Shown: piece after piece, positions 21,651-34,635 of the stretch
How the letters are laid out: the number at the start of each line of letters is the position of its first letter
Position numbering within the stretch: the stretch's first letter is position 1
Assembly (NCBI RefSeq): GCF_000143415.4
Contig: NW_003314275.1
Location: 997,955 to 1,061,954, forward strand
Source of the DNA: Selaginella moellendorffii
Taxonomy: Eukaryota; Plantae; Lycopodiophyta
Direction of reading: 5' to 3'
DNA length: 64,000 nucleotides
Made by a program: the position numbers and the translations under genes
The notes under the pieces: generated by a model
What the model was told of the DNA's origin: nothing
What the model saw: only the letters and a program-made list of their open reading frames with translations
Databases searched by the model: none

Positions 21651-23856
21651 TTAAGTGATGGCTGCCTCGGGATTTGGAAGTAGCAAGAGCTCTTCCAGCG
21701 TGCTTGTTTTTCGTGCTCGGCTCCTTCCCACGCCTTTGAGCAATGCCAATAGCCTCTCCCGGTCTCGTGCTACATCCGGATGAACAGTTCCCAGGAGCTC
21801 TTCTTTGATTTCCACAACGTTTTCCAGAAGAGCGATTGCATCGTTAACTCTGAAGCAAAAAAAAACAAAACTTAGACGGGAAAGCAAGGAGAATACAAAC
21901 CTTCCAAGAGCGTCGTAACACCCAGCGAGATTGCTAGACACCGCCAGTGTCTCCGCGTGATGAGGTCCAACAGCTTTCTCCAGTATTCTCTTTGCTTCTT
22001 CGAAGTGCTTCACCGCATTGTCGAGCTGCTGAAGTTCCACGCTTGCCAGGGCCAGCTGATTAAACAGGACGCCCAGGAATGTCGTCTCTCTGTCCGTCCC
22101 GAACTTGAGCTTTAGTATAGCGCTGTTGAAAGCAGTGTATGCCTCCGAGAATTTTCCCATTACGTAGAGGAGAACTCCCATCTGTGCCTCCACGCCTGCG
22201 GCAGCACTTTGCTCCCCGGGAGCAAGCTGTAAGATGTCCAGTGCTCTCTTCAGTAGCGACAATGCCTGCTCGCGTTCTCCCATAGCTTCGTAAACACCCG
22301 CAACCTCGACCAAACCACTTGAAAGTTCATGCCCGGCGTTGTTCTTCCCGAAAATCTTCAATGCATTCTCGCAGTAAGTCTTGGCTTCCCGTTGTCTTCC
22401 TGTCTTTAGGTAGAGGTCCGCGAGGCTCACGTAAACAGCGGCAACAGCAGTATGGGAGTCTCCCTTGGCCGACTTCAGAATTGTGAGAGCTTTCTGGTAC
22501 GAGAAAACCGCCTCGTCGTAGCGACCAAGAGCAAAATAAGCCTCTCCAATGCTGCAGTCGACTGAGGCAACGTCCAGATCCTGGCCATTACAGCTCAACG
22601 TTGTGCTTGCCAGTACCAAATGCTCTAAAGCCATCTCGTGTTCACCTTTCCCTGCGTGTATTAATGCCATGAGCTTTCTGTCTATGGCTTCGTCCACTGA
22701 ACCGGCAGGGCTGTGTTGGCTGTGTATGTCAAGGACGTGCTTGCAAAGCTGTTGAGCTTCGTCAAATTGCATCACCTGGACAGGAGATAAAAAATATATA
22801 ATTAGAAAATCGAAAACTAAGAACTCGAAAAATGAGAGGAGAGCTTACCTGAAGATGAGCTTCTGATAAGTATCGGCAAGTCTCTGCAACTCGTGGATCC
22901 ATGTCTCCAAGCACCTGCTTTTGCACGTCCAATGCGTTGTGATAGGAAGCCAGAGCCATTTCGTGCTTTCCTACGAGGGAAAGCGTATCACCAAGCTGCA
23001 TATGCCCGGCGAAAACAGCCAGTGCGTGCTCCGACCCCTGATCTACGCTGGGAATGAGCAAGGAGCTCTCCAGCACCTTGATCGCTTCGTCGTAACGACC
23101 GAGCCGGCAATACCCCGCAGCTACAATGTGTAGACATAGCACCAGCTCCAAGTTGGCCACCTCGCCATCTTCTTTCTCGAACAAAGTCGCGGCTCGAGAC
23201 GCGTAATCTATAGCTTTGAGCGGATTGTCCCCGGCGATATGGCTTGCTCTTGCCAGCCTCAGGAGGTTCAGAGCGTTGCTGTTCACGAGCTTCGGGTGAT
23301 GCTGCTGCTGTGTCTCTTGTTCATCCAGACCAGCATCACTTTCGACGGCCTCCTGTTCCAGCTGTTTGCTTGGTTCCTTTGGTGGGGAATCACTCTTGAT
23401 CGACTTTCGAGTTAAAGGCTTGCTCGGCGACTTTTGCTTTCTTGGAGGCGTCGGAGGACTTGCTCGAACCGGCGGTTTCTTGTCCAGAGAGTTTCTAAGA
23501 CGAGAATTCACCGAACCTTTCGCCTGGCTGGGAAACTTGGCTTCCGCTGGGTTCTCTCTCGAAACAGCTTCACTTTCCTCCGGCGATATAGCTGGATTCT
23601 CGGCACTCGACTCCACGACGTCATTAAGTTCCTGAGAGCCCTCGTTTTCGTCGTGACTACCAGGCGCAATTGCTTCACTGTCAGAAGGAGCCGTGGAATT
23701 TTTACCGGCGGGAGAATTCCTTCCAGCGCTGATCTTCATTGCCTCGTTGCTGCTAGCGTTGGAAGCTTTGTTCTTCGTCTCTTCTTTCCCTTTGACACCT
23801 TTGCGGCCGGGCGGAGAGGCCGCCTTACGTGCATTGTCCGTTACTAAGCTCGGCAT
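21651..23856 (-). CDS. Kinesin light chain-related TPR protein (KLCR/CMU family), 3 coding exons
   Basis: Disordered basic N-terminus followed by TPRs with family signatures GDNPLKAIDYASRA, HALAVFAGHMQLGD, DPRVAETCRYLSEAHLQ|AMQFDEA, SNLAGCYDALG|R, LGTVHPDV, GRSRARKTSTLEELL. Confidence 0.92.
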
Positions 23857-24459
23857 CCTCCCCTTCTTTTAGAAAATCTTAGAACCTATTAAATTCCAGA
23901 GAAAGAGAACTAACGTTAGGAAAGAACACCTACCTAGGAGGAAGACAAAGAAGAATTCCTACTAGAGCTTGCAATCTAATTCATTCCTACAGCCTTGCAA
24001 AGAATTTCAAGAAATCTCACGCTCACCTCTCCGGCAGGAGCTCCAACGCTCGAACCACGACGCACATTGCGCGAATTTTCAAGGCGATTCAATCGATTTG
24101 ACGCCCGAGTGGAATCTGGCATTGGCGTGGTAGATCAGCCCCAGAGCAGCGAGAAATCCTGGAACTAGGGAGAGATTTCTTACCTAGAAGACGAGCGCTC
24201 TATCAGACAGTGCGCTCCAATTTTTCCCCGTTCTAGACCCTACATTCTCACACACACAAGCGCCTCAAAAGCTAGGCGCTAATTAATCACTGGCTAACGT
24301 TACTCCACATGCGCTTTAATGCTAAACATTCGCAGTATATACCCCCACGGTGCCAGTATTCCACCGCGATTAGGGTTCTTCGAGAGTGTCGAGCGATGGC
24401 GGAGGAGCTGGAGGACAATGCAGCAGGGCGGAAGGTATGATTCTCGTAGATTACGCGAG

Positions 24460-26186
24460 ATGGAGCTTCAATCGGGCAGAGCGGCTGCCTTGGCGAGCCG
24501 GATGAGCGCCGCCGGTGGTGGATTTTCGAGCATGAGATTAGTTCTTGGGCACAGAGATTTTGCGCTGCTTGGGCAATGCGGCGTCTCAATCGGCCGCGGC
24601 AGGAAGAGGATTGACAGGAAGTATGGGTGCGATGGCGTAGCCGGTATTAGCAGTGCATTGTCCATGGATTGGAGGCCAGCATTCGATGAAGTGCTGCTCA
24701 TGTCTAGCGTGCTACTTGCTTATGTTGCTGGTGTTGTGAGACCTTTTGCGGGGCTCACTGGGAAGAAAGCGTTGGAGCTGCCGGTTTCTACTGGATCGTA
24801 AGTAGCGTGAAGTTCTTGCCTTTCGATACTAAGAACGTTTTTTTCTTCTTTGTGTGTTAAATAGCATTGCTGAGAATGATCAGCAGAAGCAAATTCGTGT
24901 TAGCAACAGCGACTTCGTGTGGGATACTATGAGCCGAAAGCTCGTCGAGGCCATTTCTACAGTGGAGGCTGGCGCCATGGACGTTTCCTCGACGCCACTT
25001 ACTTCCAATCCATCACTATGCTTGCAAGCGCTAGCTTATGGTCCGAGGCTCCGGCTCCTTCTGGCAGCGCTGTCGCTACTACGCAACGAGGCAGGCATTG
25101 ACACTTACCTTTCAAGTAACTAGTTTGGTTGTGTGGATTTTGGATCTGACAAACGGCTGTTTTGTGGTTTCAGGCTAGCAGCAGGGAGATATCCTTGGAG
25201 GACGTATGTAGCATGGTTGGGCCTGTATGCAGGCTTTGGATCTCCCAGGAATTAAGAAAGACTGAAAAGACTTCAGCAGGCTACTTTTCAGGCAGCATGA
25301 TCAAGACTGAGGATTTAAGTGGCGACGTAGAAACTGAAGCCAAGGAGTATATGTCAACACGCCTTCAAAGAAGCGGAAAAGCCAACCTTTACGCTGATTT
25401 CCTTTATCACCAATGCAAAAAGTCATTCAGGTAATCAATGTCTTTGTGGACTTCAATCGTTAGCATTTCTTTTCTTGCAGCTCGAGAACCTTTTCTGATC
25501 AGGCCGTGTCTACCAATCTTGCAAACAATGTCCTAGAGGATATCGTGATAGCTATTTCTGACGGGGCAGCTGCTATGTATCTGGGAGCCGTTTCTGGTGT
25601 TATTACGGGCTGGCCGACATTACTGCTTCCATCAATCTGCTCTACACGGAGCCTTGAAAGATTTCGAAACGAGGTATGGCAACACGCGAGTTTGTTAAAG
25701 ATTTAAGTTTGAGCTTTTAGTTTCGTGCAGGTGGCATTGTATCAATGGATTCATTACAACTTCGACTCTGTTGCAGCCATTTACGAAGACCGAGTGGAGC
25801 TATGGGGACTCACTGCGAACGCAGGCAAGAACGAACCTGCTGCAAATAAAGCTCAGAAAAAACAGAAGAGAAAACCACTCGAAGGTGTTGACGAGCTGTA
25901 TTTTGATCGCTTAAGCGTTCGCGTGAGAAGGAGCAAAGAACTGAAAGCTCTATCTGGATGGTAAATGGATTTGTCAATTTGCTATTGTCTTACGAACTGT
26001 GCACTTTGCAGGAGGTACTATTACAGCCTGTACATGGAATTCTCTGACGTTGTTGGTCCCCTTCTGCGAATACTGGTGACGAAACTGGGACAAGGTCTGT
26101 CGTTCCTGCTCGTCTGCCTTATAGGCAGATCGTTTGGACTCATTTACCAGGGAATAAGGCAGAGTGTGAAGTGGTCTTCAGACTGA
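24460..26186 (+). CDS. Conserved uncharacterised plant protein (possibly organelle-targeted), multi-exon; start uncertain
   Basis: Chain of short ORFs separated by small introns: DWRPAFDEVLLMSSVLLAYVAGVV, GPRLRLL, SGKANLYAD, LEDIVIAISDG, STRSLERFRNE|VALYQW..NFDSVAAIYEDR, RRSKELKALSGW|RYYYSLYMEFSD..LIGRSFGLIYQGIRQSVKW. Confidence 0.75.
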
Positions 26187-26262
26187 TTTCATTGCTTAAA
26201 GAAACTCGTGAATTTTTTATGAGAAGTTCTTTCATTTGCGACTAAACCTCTTACTTTTCAGC

Positions 26263-27264
26263 TCACTCGTATGGATTTCTAAAGGGATCGAAAGGCCTCG
26301 ACGCACTAAGACCTCCATCGAGCACCAGGTTGTGTCCACTTATGTACTTAGCATCTTGACTGCACAGGAACAGCGCGGCATTCGCAACGTCCTCCACTTC
26401 TAGCTTGGTTCCTGCAAGCTCTGAGTTGCAAACATATGCTTCTTGAATCTGTTCCGAGGTAAGTGTCGGTTGTAATTTTTGGAGCAGTTTTGTCAGAAGC
26501 GGAGTAATGATCCCCACTGGTGATATGCAGTTCACCCGGATTCCGTGGCGTCCAAGTTCGCTGGCTGCGGTCTTGGTGATACCAATAATCGCGTGCTTGC
26601 TGATGGTATAGCTGTGGTAAGTTCTCTGTGCTACCACTGCTGATATGCTACACATGTTTAGAATGCAGCGCATGGAGTCCGTGCTGGAGATCATGGCTTT
26701 CGCAGCGTGCTTGACACCGAAAAGTGTTCCTTTGACGTTGACACTGCAAACGTGATCGAAACTCGAGGCATCGATATCAGTGATCCGGAGGAACGCTTGC
26801 TCAGGTTTGCCTGCGTCTACTACTCCAGCATTGTTAAACATTATATCCAATGTTTTCCCATAGGTGGAAGTGGCAAACTCGACGCAAGCAGATACTTGGT
26901 CCTCGCAGCTAACATCACAGTGGAAGTATCGGCTGTTTGGACCAAGATCCTTGACGAGAGCGCTCCCTTTCTCGTCCTGGATGTCCGCAACTACGACTTT
27001 GGCACCCTGAGAAGCAAAGAGCTTTGCAGTTGTAGCTCCTATACCACTGGCTCCTCCAGTGATTATAGCAACTCTGCCGTCCAGTCTGTAGAGATCACAT
27101 AAGGTGAGCATTTTGGTTCTAAAACTGATTCTTGCTTACTTCTTTCCAGGTGTGAAGGAGCTCGCAACTGTGTGGAAAGTTATCTTACGAGAAGTGGAAC
27201 AAGATCTCGTAGCCAGTCGGAGACGATGAGGAGCTCCCACAAATCGAGCTGTGATACTCGTCAT
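26263..27264 (-). CDS. Classical short-chain dehydrogenase/reductase (SDR110C, ABA2/TS2-like) with N-terminal transit-peptide-like exon
   Basis: TGGASGIG, MFNNAG, catalytic Ser and YTISK, GIRVNCISP, SGHNLVLDGG. Upstream exon from ATG 27264 (MTSITARFVGAPHRLRLATRSCSTSRKITFHTVASSFTPGK) joins LDGRV through a GTAAGC...TACAG intron at about 27139-27086. Confidence 0.9.
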
Positions 27265-27429
27265 TCCAGCCAGCAAGCAGATAGCCCTCTCGAGGTACGC
27301 AAAAGCGAACTTTTATCTGAGTCCTTGGCTTTGTCTTGCCTGGTTTGTCAATGATTCCCTTCTTGTAGTTGGAAGATTCTATTCGGCTAACGGAATGGAG
27401 TGGCCATGGCGCTCTTGAATCACATGTAA

Positions 27430-29640
27430 GTTCCCGTCTATTTTTTTTTTCGATCTTCGGACGATAGCTCGTGCGTGCACAGCTGCGCCAGAGCTCCACG
27501 CAAAAATCGAGGAAAATCCTCGGATCGAAGAAACCCATACCTCGAAACACGGCAGGAGCCTCGGCCATGCTGCCAACATATCACTATTGCATTGCATTGG
27601 AGACAAGAACAGGCGGATTTCCTGGTCCGCATCTACAACAAGCCACAGAACCGTTACGGTACCACAAAACACATTACTACCAGTTAAACCTTGGTGGAAC
27701 GAGGAGTGCCATCGGCTTCACACAGCATACAAGCAGGCCAAACTAAGAGGACACTTAGCAGCACAGTCTCTGCGTTGAGATTTCAGGAAAATGGCTAGGG
27801 CATGAGCTTGCTTCCACGCTAAATGTTTCAGCATGCTTGGGAAGTGAGGAAAGCTTACTGTATTTTTAGCAAGCATTGCTTTCCAGTGATCACACTCTGG
27901 GTTCAATATATCTGCCAGGTGCATGAGCCAGCAACAGTTTTTACTTTCCCAAAATCCACATTGCTGACAATTCTATACCTGATTTTCTTTGATGGATCAT
28001 TCATGGCATTTGTCCAAATCGAGGAAGCGTGGAATTCGAACACTTAGGGGTGCTCCAAATTACCACAGAACAGATGAAGACAGTGATCCAATCCCTCACA
28101 TGCATGTCTATGGATTCACTGCCGAGCTATTGCCCCCATCCTCTTGCCAACTTTTCAACGAAATCATCCAACACGGTTTTCCACAGACCTGGAACACAAC
28201 AACCAATGTACAAGGCTGGAGATCTAGCACCTCCAACTATCATGCCATAATGATCTCAACAATCTTGGTGAAGCTTCTGGCCAAATGTCTGGAGCAACTT
28301 CTTGTGAGCTGGACAGAGGACCAAGAATGCAGAGCAAGAGGGCAGGCCACTGCATTTTAGCTGCATCAACCACTTGGTGACGCTGTGTGTAGCCCTTGAC
28401 AAACTGCATGCACACCTGCGAACCTCAGTGTATGCATGCTATGTCGATAAAGTAAAAGCCTGTGATAAGGTATTGAGGAGGTGACAATTCGCACGACTCC
28501 ACGAACTAAATGTCCTGCCAAGCTCATCAGGCTCATTTAGAGGCTCTACAAAAACGTAAAAGAAGAAATCCTACAACACACTCTGATCTACTGTGACACA
28601 GGTGTTCGACAAGGCTTGCCCCTATCATCCACTCTCTTTGGCCTCTTTATCGATGGGCTGGAAATGTTAATGGCAGGGACACTCCCTCCTTGGTCTTGCT
28701 CGCCAGGATCAGCTGCTCATATATGCAAATGACCTGGCCGCTACGCAGCTGGAACTTCAACACCAACTAGGCACCCTCCTGACGCATTTCTGACTCCACA
28801 GGCCTTGTAATAAGCATGAGTAAAATGAAGATGATAGTTTTTGGCCCGGACACAGTGAGCAAGTTCCACTTCAAGGAGGAATGGATTGAGCACACGGAGA
28901 AATATAAACACCTAGGATACACTGTTGATTGACGTCTCCTATGGAAAACCAGAGTAGAGGAGTGCATTGCATCAGCAGTAAGGGCCAGCACACATCTTCA
29001 ATCGGATTGCTGCAAAGCCAACATACATAAGGTGGGGTGTCAAACACACTTATTATATGACAAAGGTAACAATGGTGGCCTTGTATGGAGTAGAAAGATA
29101 AAGTCCAAACCATGTGGGACAAGCTTGAGCAATCAACAAGTGCTTCATCTCAGCAGAATTTGGGGTCTACAGGCTTTATACCTGATTGTGGTTCTTGAAT
29201 AAAGATTCTCACTTGGAGATGTTTACATGCAAAATGCTCTCTACAGCCAGAAACTTGCAGACGTAGCAATTGCTGAATCGCAACACATGGCTGAAGCGGC
29301 ACACTCTCAAGGTATGGATGGCCACCCTAGGCCACGACCTTTCCATATTGATAACAGAATTGATTAAGCAACTTAAGTTTTGGACATGGCAATCCCTCCA
29401 ACGATGGTGTGAGACCAATGTCCTTTTCATGTGAACACCATTAATCCCATGTGACTTAGACCTTTGCTGCCATGCAATATTTGCCTCTACCCCATATGTT
29501 ACAAAGAAGTCAAGGACATAGAGCATATGGTCAACATGTGCCCAACCTATGCTCTACTATACCAGCCATGGTCCCCTGAGGTGCAGATCTACACGTAATC
29601 CTAGAAGGTGAACTTTGGGCCAAAGAAATCTGTAAATTTC
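27430..29640 (+). mobile_element. Degenerate non-LTR retrotransposon (LINE) ORF2 remnant, RTEX-like
   Basis: Frameshifted fragments KPWWNEEC, FPQTWNTT, NYHAIMISTILVKLLAKCLEQLLVSWTE..RARGQA, GVRQGLPLSSTLFGLFIDGL, LLIYANDL (YADD box), SKMKMIVF, EKYKHLG. Confidence 0.8.
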
Positions 29641-30458
29641 TATGAGATCAAGCACCAATCACATAATAGTTGAGTAAGAGTGACTACACTTCTCACAACG
29701 ACTAAGTGAGGATCACATTGAGGTTCAAACCCAAGATGCTACAGGAGGTATGGCAGGCAGATTGGTTAAGCCCAAGGTGGGGATAGAAGGCTTAGTGGTA
29801 GGAGCCTTAGAGGTGTGAAATTAAAAGTTTTCGAATAATAAATAAAGGAAATATTTATTTAAATGTGATCATGACTTTTAACAAAAATTTGCTAAAATAT
29901 GGAAATGGAATACAAAAATATGCATATTTATTAGCCCAAAAACCCTAACTTATATATAGAAGTGAGTGGTCCAGATTGAAACTAATTCGACAGTTATCCA
30001 AATCCCACTATGCTAATATTAATATATGACATTGTAGATATACACTTAAACCTTATATCATCCCTTTATCTTGGAATGATGGAAAATAATCAGGGTTTTG
30101 TACATTAGGAGGAAGCATTGGTAGATCTGAATGTGGTGTTAGTTGTTTATAATCCCTGTATACAAAGTGTTTCAACCATTATATATCCACAATTGTTGGA
30201 GGTAGTTTGTTGGATGTCATATTAAACTTTATAAATTTGCGATCCAACTTGCCACAACATTCGATATAATCCCCTTCCAATTGACAGTTGGACGGATTGG
30301 AAGAGGGAATAGAGGAATAAAATGGAAATATAAGAGGAAGTAATGGAGAGATAAAAGTGATGGAAACGAAGGTAGAAATATATAGATGAAAATGAACAAA
30401 AGTGAAATAGATAGAAAAAATATAAAGAAGTATAAGATAAGGGGGAAACATCTCAAAG

Positions 30459-31578
30459 TGTTGCAAATGTGGTATAAAAAATTATCTGTTGGTTAGTCCT
30501 TTTGGATATTATTTCCTTATTACCACAATAGTAGGATACTTGAACCTTTATCAATTTTTTTTGTTTAAGTGTTAATAAACTTGATTTAGCATCTGTACTT
30601 AGCCAAATGAACATAAGGTAAGAACTTCTATGTGTTTCTTATTGAGCATATTTGGCTTGGCTCTTAGTTTTCTTTTGCTTTGTTCTACACTAGTGTGATA
30701 AAACCTTTGTGTATTGAGACTAGTCTCTCAATATTGCCAGATAATAGTTTACCATATTTGCTAAACACCTTCGCTATCATGCTTTTTGTATTAGTTTTGT
30801 ATGGTTCCAATTGCTATTTATATCCCTTTACCCCTTTTGAGGAATGCATACTTTGGGTTTTCACCCCTAGTCTCCCTTAGTACCAAGAGTTAATTTCTAG
30901 GACAATTATGAAACATATTAAATATGGAATGATGCTAGATTTTAAATTTGGACATGGAACCAACACCATTGTATTCAAGATAATCTCTATATTCTTTAAA
31001 TATGCCAAATTAGTAGATCTATACACTTTCCATAGGGGGTTCCAAATATATAGTAGGGAATAGTGGGTAGGTTAGGTATGGTTGACTAATTTGAGGTATA
31101 ATCTAACTCCCACTTGTGTGCTTGTCTTTGTTTTGCATTTGGATTGGATCAAAACCTAAGTTTCACACCATGTTAGCTGATATAGTATCCATGTCCTCGT
31201 GTTAAGCCATTAATATGCTAAAATAGCACTAGACTGTGTTTGGCTTTGTTTTACATGTTGGTTCTGGCAATGAGATGTTGGATGCTCTAGGACTATTCTA
31301 ACACCGCACTATACTCTTGTCCTTTCTCTCCTTAGGCAGAATGCTCAAAATTCATTCCATGCTTTGGTTCCTTCATTCCTTAGCTGTAAGCTTGGGAGTT
31401 TGGAACCGTTCCTTCGTTCAGTGGCCCAAGGCCCTGAACCTCGGGTTCCGCACCACTGTCCTTTGGACACGTGGCATGTGACACGTGGCATCTGTCATGT
31501 GGCACAAAGAGGGTTTAGGTTCCACTTCGTGGTGTTATCCTATGGTAAATCACCATAGGATAAAGGGTCAAAACCACA
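30459..31578 (+). mobile_element. Old, diverged LTR of family B (solo-LTR-like)
   Basis: Colinear with LTR 56679-57824 from TGTTGCAAATGTGG to CATAGGATAAAGGGTCAAAACCAC; 5' part AT-shifted, last 200 bp well conserved. Confidence 0.85.
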
Positions 31579-34500
31579 ATCAAGTCCAAGACTGACTCTG
31601 AGACCGAGTTCGAAACTGAGTCCGAGATCGAGTCCAAGGCCGACTTTGAGACCAAGTTCGAGACCGAGTTTGAGACAAAGTTCAAGACCAAGTCCAAGAT
31701 CCGAGATTAGGTCTGAGACTGAGTTTGAGATTGAATCCGAGACAGAGTCCAAGGTTGGGTCTAAGATTGAGTTCGAGATCGAGTTTAAAATTGAGTTCGA
31801 GGTCAAGTTCGAGATCAAGTTTGAAATCAAGTCCGAAACCGACTTCGAATACTAATATAGGTCATGGGGTGAAAGCCCAAAGCATATGTTTCCCAAAGGG
31901 GGGAGGGGGTCCAAAAGTATAGTAGGGATGATGAGGTTTAGGAATTAGTCTTGAAATAACTCTCTATTGGTGCTTCTAAACTGATTTGAAGTTGAGACTG
32001 AGGCTTAGGGGCTTTGGGTGGGAGTGAGCATGGACTCGGGTGGTGCCAGAAGGGCCACTTAAAGAAGTGTTTAAAAGTAAATCCCACTCCCGAAAGGGAA
32101 ACCAACTGTAGTGCTCCTAACTCATGTAAAGTGGTGCCCCACTTGAGTACCTTGTGACTCATTGGTCCTTACCCCTTCCTAGGGGCTTGGGCCTTCCCTT
32201 CGGGATGGAAGTAGGGGAGTAGAGACACTCATACCGGGCCATTAAACCATGGTGTTTCCCCCCAGTGCCCCAAAGCAAGTGTTGCACTAAGGCTTAGAAT
32301 TTAGAGGATCCTATAATCAAGTCTTATTGTACCAAAGGATGTTAAGAAGGCTTGGTGTGTTTGGCTGCTTGTGCCTGCTGAGAATGTAGTTGAACCTTAA
32401 GTTCAGTCTAACCTGGGGAGGGGGATTGGGAGAGATTTGGGAATCTATAAATGGATGGCTAACACTCCATTACTCGTGCAATGAGTAGCTGAAACCAAGT
32501 AAAACCAAGTAGGAGCTAGTATAATAGGCAGGAACCTTGGCGAGGGAATTTAATTAAGGCCAAGACAGTATTGGTTGAATAGACAAGATAAGCTAGCAAA
32601 TTGGAAAGGAAAAATTTGTGGCTTACAATTTGGTATCAAAGCTTTTTCCTCAGTTATAGTGAAGGATAGAGGTAGATTGCTGGGAGATGGCAAAGGTAGA
32701 GCATAAAAGAACCAATGTGGAGACAAAACCTCCTCTAGAGCTAGAGCCTCCAGTCAAACAACAAGTTATGGATGAGGAATCCTTGCATGAGAAGGACTCT
32801 AGTGTGGAAACTTTTAAACAAGAGTCTGGTGGTGAGGTTCAGTTGTCCAAGGTTTGATGGGACGTTCTAGAAGGACAACTGGCACAAACCAATACCCTGC
32901 TCAAGACTCTCACACGCAAGCTAAAGCGTGACGAGAAGTGGAAGAAAAAGCAAAAAGTTGTAGATGTTGGCAATGCAAAAGGCGTGGACCCTTTGGCAGG
33001 GACTAAGGTGGAATTAAACAAAGTCGAATAAACCAAAATGGAATCAGTCCCTCAAGCAATTCCTAGGTACAAACAAAAGCCCCCACTAATCTTTAAGGGA
33101 GTGAATGACTATAAAGTGGTGGAGGTTGGTTTTACGATATAAAGGATTACTTCCAAGCATTGTGGTTACCAAGCTTAGAGAAAGTCCCATATGCAAAACT
33201 ATACTTAGCAAATAATGCTAAGTCTTGGTAGAGAATAACAGAGGCCAATGAAGGACTAGTGGCCACTTGAGAAATGATGAAGGTGAGAATCCACGCAATT
33301 TACATTCCTCCAAATGCTACTCTGCACCTAAGGGATGAGTTGAATAGGCTAAACTTAGACCAGAGTCATTCAAAAGTATATGAATGCATTTATGGCAAAG
33401 AGGATACTTGTCACGAACATGGGTGATATGGATGCATTCCATGCCTTCATATCAAGCTTGCAGACCTAGGCTTGAGGGGAGGTGATGTGTTGGAACCCGA
33501 CCAACTACAAGGAAACATTGAATGCAGCTATTAAGGTGCATTTTAATGATAACCTGCTAAAGGGGAACACAATGGGGTCAGAATCCATGTTTAGCAAAAG
33601 GGCCAAACTAAGGGGGATATATGGCAAAGGGAAATTCAAGAAAAGTTTCTTTAAGAATGAGTCCTTAGGGTTTTAGAAAGGCAAATCTGGTGGCTAGTGA
33701 GCAAATATGTGGGGGAGAAAAATGAAAAGGGACAAACTCATAGATAAGAAGGTCAAGTCAGCTAGTAGTATGGGAAACAACATATGCTTTAACTATGGTG
33801 AGGCATAACACTTTTTGAGAGAATGTCATTACCTAAAAAAGGCCAGAGTCAATATAGACATTAAGTCAGGTGAAAACCAAATTGAGGTACATAATCCAGT
33901 CCTTAACTCAAAATTCCTCATTACATAAACAACTTTGGTAGAGAGTCGTTCGCGACATCTACTAGCCATCTAAGGGAAGCTTAGAGGTAACTTTGTTAAG
34001 ATCCTTACTAACATAGGTATGTCAGATAATTTTTTAGCTACAGACATAATTTGGCAAGCCAAAATAACAATGCAATGGCTGGGCAAACCAAGGATTATAA
34101 AGTTTGTTTAAGGTAGCCAAAGCACCAATGAGGTACTTCAACAAGCAAGAGTCAAAATAAGGACATAGAAAGTAGACATGGATTTCACCGTGTTGAACAT
34201 AGTGGGATTTAATATGATCTTCAGGATGAATTGGTTCAATCAGTTTGTGGTAGCCCTAGATGGATAAGATAGAAACCTTGTGATATTGGCAAATTCCTAG
34301 GGAAAATGATCTAGGGTGGAAGCCCAGGATCTAAAGGTAGGGCAATGTAAGGCCAAAGACTCCTGCTTGAACTTGGTGTTCACAAAAGGACAACTCACTA
34401 AAGGAACCAAGGTAGCATTTTTGTGCTTACTCTCAGTGAGGAGTGACAAAAAGATGGAAACAAAAGAAGTACCTTTAGTGATTCAGTGGGTGTTAGACCA

Positions 34501-34600
34501 ATTTCAAGATACTATGTCGGAAGAGCTATCGGCAGAGTTATCCCTCGAATGACTAATAGAACATAAAATTGGGTTGGTTAAGGGTGCTAAAGTCTCTATC
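31579..34600 (+). mobile_element. Truncated Ty3/gypsy element related to family A: partial LTR (to 32627), tRNA-Met PBS, decayed gag and protease
   Basis: GAGTCC/GAGATC-type hexamer array 31579-31850; LTR end GGCTTACA then TGGTATCAAAGC (32631-32642). Gag fragments PPLIFKG, WFYDIKDYFQAL, KVPYAKLYLANNAKSW; zinc-knuckle remnant ICFNYGEA*HFLREC; protease remnants VKILTNIGMSDNFL and FNMIFRMNWF. Confidence 0.8.
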
Positions 34601-34635
34601 ATTTGAATGAAATTGCTTTGAGACCATAAATAACA

